Shown here: in pieces, positions 1 to 13,079 of the stretch
How the letters are laid out: each line of letters opens with the position of its first letter
Position numbering within the stretch: position 1 is the first letter of the stretch
Assembly (NCBI GenBank): GCA_951406725.2
Contig: OX597819.1
Location: forward strand, 132,308,001 to 132,372,000
DNA length: 64,000 nucleotides
Direction: 5' to 3'
From: Octopus vulgaris
Taxonomy: Eukaryota
Translations under genes and position numbers: made by a program
The notes under the pieces: generated by a model
What the model was told of the DNA's origin: nothing
The model's input: only the letters and a program-made list of their open reading frames with translations
Databases searched by the model: none

Positions 1-285
1 AATATTTGTTGTCAGTATGTCGTCATTTGGTGATGTAATTTGGTTGCCGGAGGGTTACGGCTAAGAAAGAGAGCTTTTAATTTGGGGACAGAAAAATATG
101 AGTACCGCAAAAAGTTCGTTGCATGTTATTATTTTCTGCGATGAAAGTTGGTCTCCACGCCCCTAATAATTGCAAGGCATTGGGTCTTGACTCTTGAGAA
201 TAATGATATATTATTCTTATTCTTTAACATAAGATTTCAATCATCTGCTTTTTCAATCATTTTGTTGTAATAGAATGGGAAATAC

Positions 286-304
286 GTGTGTGCGTGTGCG
301 TGTG

Positions 305-399
<95 letters not shown>
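286..399. repeat. (TG)n microsatellite
   Basis: Long TG run, one of dozens of TG/CA, TA, TATG, CTAT and GA tracts in the window. Confidence 0.97.
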
Positions 400-401
<2 letters not shown>

Positions 402-708
402 GTAGTCCACAGCTTGAAGGGCAAGCAGGATGGGGCTGTGAATCTTGTTGCAGAAATAATCTGAAGATTGTCACATTGGAATAGACTCCGCCTCCCAAAC
501 CCAGCTCCGTGTATTTAGCATACGTTTGTGTATATCTCGTTTACATGTGTTTTATTGTATGGGTATGCACGATGCGCTCAAATTATATACACATACATAC
601 ATGCATTCATATGTACACACATACACACACAGAGGTAGTGATGCAGATAAATACGATTAAACTTGATGTGTGTAAATATAATACATGTACATATATAGAT
701 GTACAAAT

Positions 709-774
<66 letters not shown>

Positions 775-838
775 CATACATACAAAAACTAAAATATTCA
801 GAGGAGAAAAACATAAGTATAAGGATATATAAATATTT

Positions 839-1130
839 ATATATGTTTACAAATAAATTTACTTGTATATGGAGTATAAAAAATGCAGAAAACTAAGGGG
901 AGAATGCATAACGCGACAGCTGTTTCTGGGAGGTCACAATTACGTAATAGCTGTTATGTTCATAATTAAAAGATGGAATATGCCAGAGGCCATGGGTATT
1001 CAACTCGAAGATGGATGGATATGTCTCTATGAATCCATCCGCAGAAATATACGTCCCACAAACGGCTGTTGTGTTAAAAAACTATGCATTCTTCCCTTAG
1101 TTTTCGGTACTGTTTATGTAAATATATTTG

Positions 1131-1140
<10 letters not shown>
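839..1140. mobile_element. Decayed fold-back element (probable Penelope-like pLTR remnant)
   Basis: gaaaactaaggggagaatgcata..acgcgacagctgtttctggga (888-931) is the reverse complement of tcccacaaacggctgttgtgtt..tatgcattcttcccttagttttc (1054-1105). Outer arms 839-862 and 1117-1140 also pair. The minus strand reads GAAA-CAGCTG-TC (HHR 3' half). Flanked by (TA)n. Confidence 0.55.
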
Positions 1141-1200
<60 letters not shown>

Positions 1201-1472
1201 GGCGGTGCCCCAGCATGGCTACAGCTCATAAGCTGAAACTAATCAAAATCATCAAATATATACTTTTACATTTTTGTTTAATCTTCTGAATATATTTAGT
1301 TTTGTATCTCTCTCTATTATCGTGTTTATCTGCAACATTATCCGCATTTCAGTTCACCTGGATTCCACTTATTGCCACTCATTATCCCGTGGACATCGAC
1401 TTCGGAGTGTAAGTTCAAATCGTTTGAACACTGCTACGTGTTTTCTATTTCGAACATCTCGAGATCTCAACT

Positions 1473-1537
1473 GTATGTATGTATGTATGTATGTATGTAT
1501 GTATGTATGTATGTATGTATGTATGTATGTATGTATG

Positions 1538-1568
<31 letters not shown>

Positions 1569-1822
1569 GTATGTATGTATGTATGTATGTGTGTGTGTAT
1601 GTATGTATGTATGTATGTATGTATGTATGTATGCATGCATGTATGTATGTATGTATGTATGTATGTATGTATGTATGTATGTATGTATGTATGTATGTAT
1701 GTATGTATGTATGTATGTATGTATGTATGTATGTATGTATGTATGTATGTATGTATGTATGTATGTATGTATGTATGTATGTATGTATGTATGTATGTAT
1801 GTATGCATGTATGTATGTATGT
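1473..1822. repeat. (TATG)n microsatellite
   Basis: About 350 bp of near-perfect tetranucleotide repeat that generates the spurious MYVC/HTYI ORFs. Confidence 0.97.
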
Positions 1823-1849
1823 CTCTTCTGCATTTAATCATTTAGATTC

Positions 1850-2990
1850 TTCCTCTGAAGAAGGAGCTGGTTTCTAACAAAGATACAAAGCTCCATCTTT
1901 GGAATGTTGATAGTGAAAACAATGCCACATTTTAAACCTGTAACAAATTCTCTATAGTTGTGCTGTTCCGCTAAGAAATTGCATTTGTAATGTAGGAGCC
2001 ATTTGGGTGATTTCCTTTTCTGAAAGTCCAGACTTATCCAGACTGACACTTAGGCATTTACTCACAAAGCCAAGGGCTCCAATAATTACTGGTATAAATG
2101 TAACTTTGTAATCCGGATCTAAAAGATGGACGTTTCGAGGCGGTTGTCCATAGTTAACTTCTTTCTGTTTGATTTTCAACAGAACGGCTGACCTTTGTAA
2201 CGGTAATACTTTCCTTGTCTGCCTCAAACTACAACATCCGGCATGTTATGCTTACACTTGACAGATGCCTTGATGGAATGTTCCACCAATATTCCTTCTG
2301 CTGTTATTTGTGTACGTATTCAATAACAGAGGCATTCTCTATATTTATTCCAGGACAGTCTTTTTTTTCCGAATCGCATTGTATGTCGTTTTGGCGACAG
2401 CGCCATGTCCCAGAGGGAGGCAACACCTTGATGACATTTTGGAGCAGCTGCTAATCGCATGTGTGATGTCTTTCACAGAAATATGGCATAATCTACATTT
2501 ATGGTTGCATCTTGGAACTCCAAAGGTTTCGCCGTCTCTTTTGTTGATTAGACATTTAGTAGCAATCTTCTGTTCTTGGATTGCAAATGCACAGCCTCCG
2601 AAGTATAATGTGATGTAGCGGTCACGAGTCCAAGAGAGGCTTTGCTTTATGTCACTGTTCTTCAAGTCTACGAGAATTATACCCCTGCATGGTCTTTGTT
2701 TTTGGTATGCTGAGCGTTTCACTTCCAGGTTTTCTTGAGGTCTGCTAGTCCAACTGTTTTGAAGTCGTATGGGTGGTCATCAGAAAGAGAGTAATTCCCG
2801 AGAAGCTCGCTTCCAACACGTGACATATTGTTTTCTTCATTTGTCAGCACAAAGTGTTATTCCTTTTTTCTGCTGTTGTTTAGCAAGTGCTGTCTGAGAG
2901 AGACTAACGCGACATTCAAAGGCTGTCTGCACTGATCGCAAGCTCCTACTTCTTTTATCTCGGGTAGAGCCTGAGAATGCTTGGATTTCA
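1850..2990 (-). mobile_element. Decayed non-LTR retrotransposon 3' part (R4/Dong-like, restriction-like endonuclease)
   Basis: Minus-strand fragments FAIQEQKIATK...CRLCHISVKDITHAISSC (CCHC knuckle) and FIPVIIGALGFV...LQMQ (RLE C-terminus), with frameshifts and stops. Confidence 0.75.
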
Positions 2991-3721
2991 AAGTCCCACA
3001 ACCATTTAATATATTGCCAAGAATATCTGAGAGACTTACATAGATTTGGGATAAATGTCTTCAAGAACCAACTCGATCTTCTACTATCCAAGATCCCAGG
3101 TGAACTTAAATCTCAGTAAGGCACTCAAAAGAGGGAACCAATATCAACTTACTTCTTTTACCAAAAGCCAACCACATGCGAATGGATATTAAAAAGGTGA
3201 TGATACTGGCGGTACCCCAGCATTGCCACAGCCTTTGGACCTCTCCCCAATACATAGGATTTCTACTGAATGCCCTCCGGTACCACAGTTCTGTCTGTCC
3301 ACTCTGACTCTTGAAGTTCTTTGGCAATGGATCTCATTGAATTTTGGGGGATCACCAATAATGTCTTGAACCTGTTGGATGGATTCTGATATCTTTAGAA
3401 TGTCTGAACATTTAGAAGGTTTCTTTTTTTTCTCTTTGACACAATAGAAGCATTCCTGCCAAAAATTTCTTCAAAAAAAAAAAAAAAAAAGAAAAGAAAT
3501 AAAAAAAGAATCTGGCAACATTTGGCAATTTCTAAATTGCTGCGTCCTGCACTCATAGCAAAAATAATTCTCATGTCTTTTCCTTTCTTGTGTTTGTATC
3601 TTATTTGTCATGAGGGATGTGAAAGAAATAAAAACCCTTTCATTGGTTTGAAGAGAGTAATGCATATTGATAATCAAGTCACCTGAAATACTACTCGCAT
3701 TCTCTCTATATTTACTAACTG

Positions 3722-3793
<72 letters not shown>

Positions 3794-5100
3794 GGATACA
3801 CATACACACACTCATATATATATATATATGCGTATAATTTTGAGTAAATATTTTTATTGTAAAGATACTTTTCAATATCCTTTCATAGAGATGGATTAAG
3901 GCCGTTTGTTGACAATTTATTTTATTAATGTATACAGTATATTCTGGGTATTTACTAACTGCATGTGCCTCACACGAATCCAAACACACACACACACACA
4001 CGCACAAATACAAACACACATACACACACACGTGCGCGCGCATGCTCAGTGAGCAACAGTTATTCCGCATTTATAAAATATTTACAGAGAGAAAATGAAA
4101 TTCGTTCGATAAGTTTAGCAGCCATTCTCAAATGTTTTGCATTGTTTTTGTGGTGATATTATCAGTCATCAAATTCTGTATTCGCCATTGTAGATGGCAC
4201 TCATCCAGTCGAGCAATTACAGGAAGCACAAAGATAAAACAAACCACGAAAATATATATAAATAAATCTGCCTCTGCTGATGGCAAACAAACTCGGGAAA
4301 CGTAATAAATGACACTGCCAATTGGCACTCGTAGAATATGTTTACTCTGAATATAAACTTGCGGGGGAAAAACACAACGGGAGACAGCTGAAGTTTACTG
4401 CATTTGAATATAATCTGCACAATATCATAATGTTATCAGTTGAAGATTTAGTGAAGGTCAAAAATGGGTCAGATTTTAGCCAGACGATTGTGAAAGACGT
4501 AATGTGAGCGATGAATCATCACTTATCTGTTCTGTCAAAGGTAGACAATTGTATTTCGATTGAAGTCACATCAGAACAAAGATTTTAGAAACTATTAATT
4601 TGTGATTTATTTTTGAAGTGTTGGACAGAGATAAAAATAGCTCTGCCAGTTCGAAACGTAAATTACCTGATTGGCAAATTATGTCGCAGAGGCGGAAGCC
4701 GAATAAATCAACAGTGAAACCTTTGGCACTGTTTATGTAGAAATGTAGTTTTTGTCCCCCGTTACTCACACTAATAGCACATCATCTACACACCTTAATT
4801 ACTGCTTAATTAATAAGTTAGTAAATTATGCATCTCAGAAGTTTTCGCTTCCTTCATTCATAGATTTTATCACTTTGTGCTGGCAAAGTTCGTTTATTAA
4901 CGTATGTTTTTGTCTCTTCACCAGAGTAACGGTTCTAAAGCGACAAACGCACTGTTTTGTGGTGGATGCAATGAAAGTTTTCCTATTGAGAGACATCAGA
5001 GCCATGATATGGAACTTCTGCGAAATATTGGAGCTTCACTGAATTTGTCAAATAGCATTATTGTATAAACTCGTATCCAGACACAAATATAACATTTTAA

Positions 5101-5224
5101 CGACTCCGAAACGATGAAAGGCAAAGTCGATATCGGCAGAATTTGAACTCAGAACGTAGCGACGGATGAAATACCATTAAGCATTTTTCCCGGTGCTGTA
5201 ACAATTCTGCCATCTCGCTGCTTT
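5101..5224 (-). mobile_element. SINE family B fragment
   Basis: Reverse complement matches the head of the copies at 26890 and 60308. Confidence 0.8.
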
Positions 5225-5328
5225 AATACGGGTAAATATTAAGAGGAGAATAAGAGGAAAAAATCAGGAAATATGAAGTTGGAGAAACATGTTCTACTTT
5301 TAGATTTTGTGGCAAAATCTGTTTGTAA

Positions 5329-5708
5329 GAGGAGCTGTGTGGTAAGGAACTTGCTTCCCAACTACATGGTTCTGGGTTCAGCCCCACTGCATGGCACCTT
5401 GGGCAAGTGTCTTCTACTATAGCTAGGGCCAACCAAAGCCTTGGGAGTGGATTTGGTAGACGAAAACTGAATATATTATATTATATATAAGTGTGTGTCT
5501 TTGTGTCTGTGTTTGTTCTCTACCATCACCACTTGACAACTGGTGTTGGTCTGGTTACGTCCTCGTAACTTAGCAATTCGACAAAAGTGATCGATAGAAT
5601 AAGTACTAGGCTTACTAAGACTAAGTCCTGGGGGTAGATTTGTTTGACTAAAAGGCGGTGCTTCAGCATGCCCGCAGTCAAATGACTGAAACAAATAAAA
5701 GAATAAAA

Positions 5709-5710
<2 letters not shown>
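5329..5710 (+). mobile_element. tRNA-derived SINE family A, full length
   Basis: A-box-like gctgtgtggt, B-box-like ggttcagccc, conserved body, tail gactgaaacaaataaaaga. Homologous to 9705-10140. Confidence 0.9.
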
Positions 5711-5759
<49 letters not shown>

Positions 5760-5760
<1 letters not shown>

Positions 5761-6120
5761 ACCACATGGTTCCGGGTTCAGTCCCACAGCGTGGCACCTT
5801 GGGCGAGTGTCTTCTACTATAGCCTCGGGCCTACCAAAGCCTTGTGAGTGAATTTGGTAGACGGAAACTGAAAGAGGCCCATCGTATATATGTATATATA
5901 AGTGTATATGTGTATGTGTTTGTGTGTCTGTATTTGTACCCCCAACATCGCTTGACAACCGATGCTGGCGTGTTTACGTCCCCGTAATTTAGCGGTTTGG
6001 CAAAAGAGACTGATAGAATAAGTACTAGGCTTACAAAGAATAAGTCCTGGAGTCGGTTTGTTCGACTAACGGCAGTGCTCCAGCATGGCTGCAGTCAAAT
6101 GACTGAAACAAGTAAAAGGG
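5760..6120 (+). mobile_element. SINE family A, 5'-truncated
   Basis: Same body and tail as 9705-10140. Confidence 0.9.
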
Positions 6121-7089
6121 TGTATGTATGTATGTATGTATGTATGTATATATATATGCGTGTGTGTGTGTGTTTGAAACCACTATGAATTTCTGCACTC
6201 AGCCGAGAAGACCAAATGTGAGAAATGATGTTGCAGATTTAGGGAGAAGGTTTGACTGAGATTGTGCAGGAATTTGAAAACATGAACTTGTAGTCAAGAT
6301 TTTCAGAGTTACACCAGAACTGGTTCGTTCACACCAGTTTTGCCGTCTGTGATAACTGGATCCAGTTTGTTGCTCAAAGAGATTTAACAGACGACCAGAA
6401 ATTCTTCTATCAAAATGCCGGAACTGAAACCTTCACAGGAGCTCTACTTAGAACTGAGAACTTTCTGAAGGAATTGTAGAAATGCTGGTGAGGAAATTCA
6501 TCAAGATCTTGCATTTATTAAGAGTCGTAAATTTACCAAAATTCCTGCATTGACGCCATGACAGTTTTATGGTAACTTTAGCTGTGAATATGGTTACAAC
6601 GCTAGTTCTTATGAACCTTTAATGACCAGAGGCAATAAAGATGTCTTTGAGTGAATTCTTATGAAATAGTGTAATGAGCATCGCGTAGGAATATTGAAAG
6701 GGAACTTTTCTGCCAACTACACGACCATGCAGAAATACCAGATCTGAAAAATTTTGGTCGTTGCTCCAGGCACGACACAAAGAACCATAAAATAACTATG
6801 GAAGCACCGCAAGTTGTATGAAGACGTCCAAACTGTGGTGCTTAGTTGCTGAAACGGTAAATTGACCGGGAGACTCTAACTGTTGGTTTGCGCGACATAA
6901 TCTTCTAAGAATAACTTTTACACCAGGTAAAAACAATGATAAATGTGGATGAAACTAGGATCAACGCAAAGATATTCCGCTCGCCATCTGGGAAGATACA
7001 GATTTGCTCAAGAGTAGATCAAGTCAATATTTATGTTGTGTATCTATGATTTTTCTTTGAGTTTAATTTAAGTTCTTCATAAAAGAGTT

Positions 7090-7370
7090 CCGGCCGGTTG
7101 CTAACAAAGCCAGAAGATTTTTGATTTAAGAGGGTTTCCGGTGTTTGTGAATGTGTTGGTTAGTTGGTGTGTTGGTTCAACTGTTGATGCAGACCCCAAA
7201 GTGTGTGCATCTATTCACATAAGAATCTCAAATGGAGAATTTCTGGAAAGTCTTACAAATCTTCACTGTGCCATTAATAGATTGGATTTGGAGAATCCGC
7301 CTCACTTTCTTTTGTTCTTTTCCCGTGAAACCGAGTATTTCAAGGTTTTTGTGCAAATTTGTCGGTACAT
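7090..7370 (-). mobile_element. R4/Dong-like retrotransposon extreme 3' fragment
   Basis: YVPTNLHKNLEILGF...LQIQSINGTVKICKTFQKF* parallels the C-terminus at 1952-2100, and a ctaacaaag 3'-UTR motif is shared. Confidence 0.6.
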
Positions 7371-8506
7371 AGACGAATGGCCTCCCCCGCCACCACACGT
7401 ATCGTACTTCAGAGTGAGGAGAGTTTACGGGAGCTGAGAGATTCTTCGGGCAAACGAAGATCAAATCCATGTTCAGCGATTTCTGTGACGAGGAATCGGA
7501 TGAAGGAAAGACTTGTAAGACAGAAGGTAGCTGGCATTTGCTGTAGAGAACCATCGACGTGTCACAGACCTAATTTAAGGAAGGAGCGATGTCTCAGTTA
7601 GCGAAAAGGAACTAGGGGTGGGGTAAGTGGGGGAATGATAGTGTAGACAGGAATGGAAAGAATGGAAGTATACGGAGGAGGAGGATGAGGAGGAGGAGGA
7701 GAGAATAAGGTCAGGTGGCTTGAAGAGAAGCTTCAAGTAAATTGTTTGCGAATGTGTTGCGATGCACGATTTAGAAGAACGAGATGTTTCGGATGGCAGA
7801 GCAGGGGGTCAGGTTTAGGACATCGTTGGTTAAAGGTCTGGTCAGGATAAGAGCCGTGAACTCCCCTCACCTCATCACATCAAGAGAGAAATAGAGAGAG
7901 AGAGAGAGAGGGAGGGAGGAATAGTATCAGAAAAGTTGTAGCATAAGCAATTAACTAATTAAGCAATACGTAGGCTGAGATGAGCTGTAGTTCAGTTGCA
8001 TAAAATAATTACCAGTTGCCGATGTACTGGTCATATCACATGACCTCAGCTGACCAAGAGCATCGATCTTCACTCATCATCCTCTGACAATCGGCTTTGT
8101 TTAGGGGCCGGAGTCGCCCCACCACTCAGTTTTATCGATCCGAGCGATCAGGTTTGATTTCTGAGTCAGTGAAACTTTTAACGATTAAAATACGGAATCA
8201 AACTGTTAATAGAAAAACATGTGTTGAGTGCTCTTATCTTTGGTTTGAAGACATATCTGTGTGTGTGTGTGTGTTTGTATGACTGTGTGTGTGTATGCTT
8301 GTAGTGTGTGATGTGTGTGTGTGTGTGTGGTCTGTGTGTGTGTGATATGTGTGTATGTGTGTGCGTGGTGTGTGCATGTGCATATGTGTGTGTATGTCCG
8401 TGTGACGAAGAGTAACTTTTAAAAATTCCACTTTTGATTGGGGGAACAGTTGTTGTTTAATTTGATTCTCAACCACGAAGTAGAAAATTAATCATCATCA
8501 TCATCG

Positions 8507-8563
<57 letters not shown>

Positions 8564-9704
8564 GCATCAGCAGCAGCAGCATCAGCAGCAGCAGCATCGT
8601 CGTCGTCAACAACAGCAACAACGACAACAACAAAAGTCAGCAGCAGCAGCAGCAGCAGCAGTAATACGGTAAACGGTCCAGCTCTCCCAGTGTTTCTATG
8701 ATTGCCTATTTAATAGAAAATTGATCAAACTGAACGATTCTATCGGTAAAGAAGCTAAATATTTATCGAGCTGCTATGATTGCATGTCCAACTGAAGTGT
8801 GAAGAATTTGAGACAATTAAGAAAAGATTCAGCTGCGACGACTTTTGACTTTGGAATTGTTTCTTCAAAGAACAAAAGACGGTGATGTTGCAGGAAGAGA
8901 ATTACTCTCAAGATATCGTTGACTTCCTAACAGACTAAAAACAGGATGTTACCAAGCAGGTGTTTGGGAATCACTTCTTCAACAATTTCCCAACTTTTAA
9001 GCATCGAACTTGGAGTAGAAAGAAAATAGATCCTTTTAATTGGAATCTTCAACTTCAAAGGAATTCAACCACCTTCAAGTAATTTTTTTCTTCTTCGTTT
9101 TATTTTGCGCTTCCAGAAGTTTTAGCTTCTTTGAATTATTTGTTTGTTTTATTTGTTTACTTCCAAACTCGGTAAATTTTAATAGAAATAAATTAAATGA
9201 AAGCCATACGCTCCAATTTAGTATTCCGTTATCAATTTTGTCTATTTTAAGATTGAAAATAAAATATACTTCTCATCAAAAACATTCGATATTTTAGCTA
9301 TAAATAGAGATCAGCTGAAATGCCTGAGGTGGTATAGCACTAAGTTAATTACACTAATTAGTTTTATCTCACTCTCTTCCGAGTTCAAATTCTTTAGTGT
9401 CGGTTTAAATGTTACACATCTCCTGGGTCAATGAAACTATAATGACGCCAATTTAATCGACATTTCCATTAAAACAATTTGCTTCGCGTCTCGAAATGTT
9501 ATTTTATATTCTCAAGCGTTACCGGTCACGTGACGATGGGTAACTCTAGAGATATACCAATACACAGCTCATGGGGGAAATCATAGAATACGGCATACAT
9601 ACAATATCTTAAATTTTATCGAATTTCTTCGTGCTTATAAAAAAATTGAAATGAATACTAACTTTCAAAAGAAAAATATTATCTAAAAAAAAATTAAATA
9701 ACAC

Positions 9705-9864
9705 GTAGGAGTGGCTGTGTGGTAAGTAGCTTGCTTACGAACCACATGGTTCTGGGTTCAGTCTCACTGCGTGGCACCTTAGGCAAGTGTCTTCTACTAT
9801 AGCCTTGGGTCGACCAAAGCCTTGTGAGTGGATTTCGTAGACGGAAACTGAAAGAAGCCAGTTG

Positions 9865-9925
<61 letters not shown>

Positions 9926-10140
9926 TTGTGTGTCTGTGTTTGTCCCCCACCAACATCGCTTGACAACCGATGCTGGTGTGTTTACGTCTCCGTAACTTAA
10001 CGGTTCGGCAAAAGTAACTGATATTATAAGTACTAGGCTTACAAAGAATAAGTCCAGGGGTCGATTTGCTCGACTAAAGGCGGTGCTCCAGCATGGCCGC
10101 AGTCAAATGACTGAAACAAGTAAAAGAGTAAAAGAGAGTA
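9705..10140 (+). mobile_element. tRNA-derived SINE family A, full length
   Basis: ggagtggctgtgtggtaag...ggttcagtctcactgcgtggc head, central (TA)/(TG) tract, 3' gcagtcaaatgactgaaacaagtaaaagag. Confidence 0.92.
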
Positions 10141-10637
10141 ACACTAGTTTCTCACCCGTATAACTCTTCCTATGACTCCTCTTTCATTCATTCCTCCTCC
10201 TCCTCCTCCTGTCTCTATCATTCTCTCTCACCACTCATCCTACTCCTCTTACATTAATTATCTTTCTATCTCTCTCTAACTTTCTGCAGCCTCCGCTCTT
10301 TGCAACGTAAGATGTGACTGGAGATTCCAACCAATCAGACCAACCAACATCGAAATAATCTTCTGCGATTATTTTACAGATTATCGGAGTTTGATCCAGT
10401 TTCGAAATCTGGTTAGAAATAGTTTCATTTTCTTTGCTTCACTAAAAAATCTGAAAATAACAAAACATGCTGCTCCTCCATTTTCCATGCTTTATAATAT
10501 TGTTGTTATCTTTCATCTGGTCAAAAGATTTTTAAAAAATTATTATTTACAGATATTTGTCATTTTAATCCAATAAATTTCCCCATTTTTGCCTTTTTAA
10601 AAATTTGTTTTACAAATTATAACAATATTTTAATCTT

Positions 10638-10910
10638 TGTGGAGGCATATGGCCCAGTGGTTAGAGCAGCGGACTCGCGGTCGAGGGATCTCGGGTGTGT
10701 GTTTATGAGCGAAACACCTAAGCTTCACGCGGCTCCGGCAGAAGGTAATGGCGAACTTCTGCTGACTCTTTCGCCACAACTTTCTCTCGCTTTTTCCTCC
10801 TGCATCTTGCAGCTCACCTGTGATGGACCGGCGTCCCGTCCAGGTGGGGAACCTATACGCCAAAGAAACTGGGAAACTGGCCCTTATGAGCCAGAAATGG
10901 TTCGAGAAGG
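10638..10910 (+). mobile_element. tRNA-derived SINE family C (internally deleted)
   Basis: tgtggaggcatatggcccagtggttagagcagcggactcgcggtcg head matches the 33251 copy. Confidence 0.8.
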
Positions 10911-11955
10911 AACAAACAAACAAACATTTTAATCTTTGGTTGAGATCGAATTTGTTACAAATATTGATCCTTTGGAGGGTCTTCCTCGATCATATCCACT
11001 CCGCCACAACAAACGCTACAAGAAAAGAATCATCTCAAGAATATTTAAGTTCTTATTCACTATTAACAGCGATTTTGAAAGTAAATCTAGATTTATAAGA
11101 TTTACTGAGTTCCATCCTCATTATTGTAGACATTAGTTGTACAGAGACCGAATATTTTGCTATTTCGAACATTCTGCACCAATTAGTTTCCATTATCAAT
11201 TTGTATTCCTCACCAATAAACCGAAACTCCAGTCATACTTCCTCACAACCAATCACCGCCTTTGGCCAATTAAGAATCAAAGCAAGGCTTCTCACATTTT
11301 CCTCCACCCCCTCTCTCACCTGATCCAGAATCCTATTGGCTGGATGTGCGTTGCCAGTTTTATGCTAATTAATTGTGACGGAAATTATACTTTTCCCCCT
11401 TCCCCCATCCACCCGAGATAACTAAGCGGGTAACTGAAAACATCTTAGTTATTCCCTTCACATCTTTTAAGCCACTTAAAACCAAACTCAGTCTTGCAAA
11501 AAAAAACCAAAATAATCGCAAAGTGTTCCTCAATCAGATTTTGTGGTGTTTGAGCATTTACTAAGAAGGTTGGTGGAATTAAATATCAAAAGTTGATTTA
11601 AACCGAGAATGGTAACATCCTTGCAGAGTTCGCTGAGTGCGGACGCATCAGAGGAAGAATATTGCCTACAACAGTTGCAGTACCTTTCCACCCGACCTAC
11701 CTGTTTCTCATTCCTTCGCCCCTCCACATCTGTTACCTTGTGCAATTTAACTTCTACACATTTTCAGTGCCATGCTAACTAATCTTCTACCATTCCTGAT
11801 TTTCTTGTTTTCCCCTCCTATTACAGGTGCAGGGAACGCGATGTTTCTCTCATATTTTAGTGCCTTGGGTAGGTTTAACACTGTTGACATAATATCGGGT
11901 GTCGTGATATTTCCCGTCACTGTTTCAATGTTGCATTTGCCAGAGAACCAGATTC

Positions 11956-12094
<139 letters not shown>

Positions 12095-13020
12095 AGCTGA
12101 TGTAGACGAGAAGCACAGCCATCAGTAGCTACGGAGCTCAGGGCTAAAGGCAGAGTTTGAAGGCTTTATCTTAGTTGTTCAAGTTCAGAGCTTATTGACC
12201 CGGAACTATTAAACCAATATGATAAAAAATGGAGTAAACCCAAACTGCTGATACTGCAACGATGGGACTGAGACAGTGGACCCCCTAATCTCTGGGTGAA
12301 AGGTTTTGGCACCTGTAGAATACAAATCAAGACATGACAGAGTTGGTCAATGTCTACATTGGATAATATGTCGGCGTTATAAAATCAAAACTGCTGACAA
12401 ATGGTACAAGCACCACCCTGAGGCTATTAGAGAGGGAGAGAATGTAACGATTCTTTGGGACTTTCCAGTATGTACAGACCGGACCATCAACGCTAATAAA
12501 CCAGATATTGTTATGAAAGACTAAAACAAAGTTTGTTTATTGATTGACATGAGCATAATTTGTGACCATAATATCTTGGCGAAAGAATTTGATAAGCTCA
12601 GAGAATAAAAAGATCTGCTAATCGATATCGAAAAGATGTGGCATCTCAAGACGGTTACAATACAAGTGATTGTAGGAGCATTTGGAATGACCAAAAAAGG
12701 AACTGAAAAATATTTAAGAATGATCCCTGGCTTACCATCCATGCAGCAAGGGCAAAAGATTGTCTTAACTGCAACGTCACTCATATTGAGAAGAACATTT
12801 TTGATGTGAATTTTCTTTCTCCCCACCCCTTTATTTTCTTTGTTTCCTTTTTGCTTTTTCCCTTTTTCTGTCTGTCTTTCTTCCTCTTTTTCTCTATCAC
12901 ATTTCTTTGTTACTGAACAATCTGGTGTGTTTATTTTAATGGCCTACCAATGTGTACAATGCGTTTCTCTGCTCTAGGTATCGGAAAGATTCTAGGCAAG
13001 AAATGGTAACAAAATTGAAA
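12095..13020 (+). mobile_element. 5'-truncated R4/Dong-like non-LTR retrotransposon (zinc knuckle + RLE domain + 3' UTR), pseudogenised
   Basis: LRSSGLKAEFEGFI...C*YC...ETVD...YKSRHDRVG...LHW...ILWDF...NKPDIV...LLIDMS...IVGAFG. The RHD and PD-(D/E)xK motifs are typical of RLE retroposons. Several in-frame stops. Confidence 0.88.
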
Positions 13021-13041
13021 AAAAGAAGATGCTAATGAAAA

Positions 13042-13079
<38 letters not shown>

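Noticed and set aside
4270-4310. ctgatgg...gaaacgta hammerhead-like string
   Set aside because: Core mismatch, and no stem I or II pairing.
6190-6990. Possible transposase (GEEIHQDL) and integrase zinc-finger-like remnants
   Set aside because: Too degenerate to assign by eye. A profile search is needed.
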